The translations under genes and the position numbers were made by a program. Positions 8,485 to 10,245 of a DNA stretch of 10,245 nt are shown one piece after another. This DNA comes from Octopus sinensis. Lineage: Eukaryota. The DNA is taken from NCBI RefSeq assembly GCF_006345805.1, contig NW_021827457.1:1-10245 (forward strand), given 5' to 3'. The first letter of the stretch is position 1. Every line of letters starts with the position of its first letter. The notes beneath the pieces are model-generated. The model was not told the DNA's origin, made no database searches, and saw nothing but the letters and a program-made list of their open reading frames with translations.

Positions 8485-8715
8485 TAGATGAGTTCAGCAA
8501 AAATTTAGATTCAGATGAATATGGTACTTAAGTTAAGGCACCAGAATTTAGTACGGTATTATCCATACAATTTCAAAGTAAGGTGATTAAAATGAAAATA
8601 AGCAACAAGGATATGGTAATGCAGTACGATCGTTTCATGCAACTCCATTTAATTGAACAATGCGATCATTACATTAATTCAAAATTCAGAGCAATCTGCA
8701 GCTGCACAAAGACAT
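8485..8715 (-). mobile_element. Probable Penelope-like element terminal (pLTR) fragment carrying hammerhead motif 3
   Basis: 8596-8660 is homologous to 7665-7730 (AAAATAAGCAACAAG.ATAT...GGTAAT...GTACGATCGTTTCA.GC.AC..CATTT.ATT.AACA). It carries a hammerhead motif and ends in a (TA)n tract. No RT or GIY-YIG sequence is present in the window, so the PLE assignment is inferred. Confidence 0.55.
8619..8707 (-). ncRNA. Type I hammerhead ribozyme motif 3 (core-mutated paralogue of motif 1)
   Basis: The minus strand reads GTGCAG-CTGCAGA-T-TGC...GCA-T-GAAA-C-GATC-G-TA-CTGCAT. Stem I has 5 bp plus a G.U pair, with the same palindromic stem III and GUA triplet as motif 1. The core has C at the conserved A6 position (CUGCAGA instead of CUGANGA). 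Confidence 0.6.
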
Positions 8716-8786
8716 AGAATTTAATTAAATTAGAACAGATGGACACATCTTTGCCTTAAAGTTAGCGCTTCGGTTTCTCATTTCAG

Positions 8787-8864
8787 GCTGCTGTCCGCCA
8801 GCCGCAACCAGCGTCCTTTATTGACGACATCCTCGGTTTCTTGCATGAAGTGACCAAGTCGTAA
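8787..8864 (+). CDS. Candidate terminal coding exon of an unidentified gene (AAVRQPQPASFIDDILGFLHEVTKS*)
   Basis: A strong acceptor TTTCTCATTTCAG ends at 8786. It is followed by a GC-rich 25-codon open frame ending in TAA (8862-8864), with AATAAA at 9074-9079. The phase is unknown and the protein is not recognised. Confidence 0.3.
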   Translation, partial: AAVRQPQPASFIDDILGFLHEVTKS

Positions 8865-8960
8865 TAGTAGTAGTTGTAGTAGTAGCAGCGGCAGGAGCAG
8901 CATCAACAACAGCAAAAGCTGTAGTAGTAGTAGCAGTGAGGAAGGAGGAGGAGAAGGAAT
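8862..8960. repeat. Degenerate (TAG)n/(CAG)n/(GAG)n trinucleotide tract
   Basis: Directly visible. Confidence 0.85.
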
Positions 8961-9097
8961 GGAGGAAAAAAATATAAGTAATTTTTGAAATGTTGATAAC
9001 TTTCCCCATTATAACAGTGACTGTCAAACCTTACGACACACTGGGCGAGGAGAATTTATTTTGCGGCACACCAAATAAAATTCTTCCATATAAAAAT

Positions 9098-9458
9098 CGT
9101 TGACGAGGGTTCCAGTTGAATCGACCAACGGTACAGCCTGCTCGTGAATTTTACGTGCAAGTGGCTGAGCACTCCACAGACACGTGTACCCTTAACGTAG
9201 TTCTCGGGGAGATTCAGCATGACACAGAGTGTGACAAGGCTGGCTCCTTTGAAATACAGGTACAACAAAAAGAAAAAAAAAGAGTGAGAGAAAGTTGTGA
9301 TGAAAGACTACAGCAGGGCTCGCCACCATCCCCTGCCGGAGCCTCGTGGAGCTTTTAGGTGTTTTCGCTCAATAAACACTCACAACGTTTAGTATGGGAA
9401 TCGAAACCGCGATCCTACGACCGTGAGTCCGCTGCCTGAACCACTGGGCCAGTGCGCC
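9098..9458 (-). mobile_element. Family B SINE, minus strand, near full length, apparently chimeric
   Basis: Reverse complement of the 6680-7036 body. The head GGCGCACTGGCCCAGTGGTTCAGGCAGCGGACTCACGGTCGTAGGATCGCGGTTTCGATTCCC ends at 9458. Confidence 0.92.
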
Positions 9459-10016
9459 TCCACAAAGAGAGGACAAATCAATTATTAAACAAAGGTTGGC
9501 CCTTTGAAATACAGTTACAACAGAAACAGGAAGAAAGAGTGAGAGAAAGCTGTGATGAAAGAGTACAGCAGGGTTGGCCCCCACCCCTGCCGGAGCCTCG
9601 TGGAACTTTAAGTGTTTTCGCTCAATAAACACTCACAACGCTTAGTATGGGAATCGAAACCGCGATCCTACGACCGTGAGTCCGCTGCCCTAACCACTGG
9701 GCCAGTGCGCCTCCACAAAGAGAGGACAAATCAATTATTAAACAAAGGTTGGCCCTTTGAAATACAGTTACAACAGAAACAGGAAGAAAGAGTGAGAGAA
9801 AGCTGTGATGAAAGAGTACAGCAGGGTTGGCCCCCACCCCTGCCGGAGCCTCGTGGAACTTTAAGTGTTTTCGCTCAATAAACACTCACAACGCTTAGTA
9901 TGGGAATCGAAACCGCGAACCTACGACCGTGAGTCCGCTGCCCTAACCACTGGGCCAGTGCGCCTCCACAAAGAGAGGACAAATCAATTATTAAACAAAG
10001 GTTGGCCCTTTGAAAT
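9361..10016 (-). repeat. Tandem array with a 253-bp unit (5' half of SINE B plus ~30 bp of flank), about 2.6 units
   Basis: Heads end at 9458, 9711 and 9964, each followed by TCCACAAAGAGAGGACAAATCAATTATTAA. Units 2 and 3 differ at one site that I could find (GATCCTA vs GAACCTA). Confidence 0.95.
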
Positions 10017-10245
10017 GGATGGAAGCACTCCGTCGGTTACGACGACGAGGGTTCCGGTTGATCCGATCAACGGAACAGCCTGCTCGTGAAATTAACGTGT
10101 AAGTGGCTGAGCACTCCACAGACACGTGTACCCTTAACGAGTTCTCGGGGATATTCAGCGTGACACAGAGTGACAAGGCCGGCCCTTTGAAATACAGGTA
10201 CAACAGAAACAGGAAGAAAGAGTGAGAGAAAGTTGTGATGAAAGA
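10017..10245 (-). mobile_element. Family B SINE 3' portion, minus strand, running off the window end
   Basis: Begins with the SINE 3' terminus GGATGGAAGCACTCCGTCGGTTACGACGACGAGGGTTCC and is collinear with 9098-9307. Confidence 0.92.

Noticed and set aside
9361-10016. CRISPR-like repeat-spacer appearance and paired ORFs 9369..9632/9622..9885 and 9612..9881/9865..10089
   Set aside because: The spacers are identical, the repeat is a ~220-bp SINE head, there are no cas genes and the context is eukaryotic. The ORFs simply recur with the 253-bp period, which is not a multiple of 3.

Overview
Repeat-dominated eukaryotic DNA with no complete intact gene. The tRNA-derived SINE families and the density of (TA)n/(GATA)n/(GT)n microsatellites suggest an octopus or other coleoid cephalopod genome (inference from pattern recognition, not a database search). 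Contents: (1) the 3' end of an L1/Tx1-like LINE at 1-587, with a second inverted tail at 4697-4960; (2) a full-length but decayed mariner (DD34D) transposon at 1273-2567 on the minus strand; (3) two tRNA-derived SINE families in several copies, including a head-to-head foldback and a young 253-bp tandem array built from a SINE head; (4) one candidate terminal exon at 8787-8864; (5) three type I hammerhead-ribozyme motifs clustered within about 1 kb (7687-7780 minus, 8271-8345 plus, 8619-8707 minus). The ribozyme motifs have minimal palindromic stem III, as in Penelope-like elements and retrozymes, and are the most interesting signal. Almost all ORFs in the supplied track are microsatellite or antisense artefacts.
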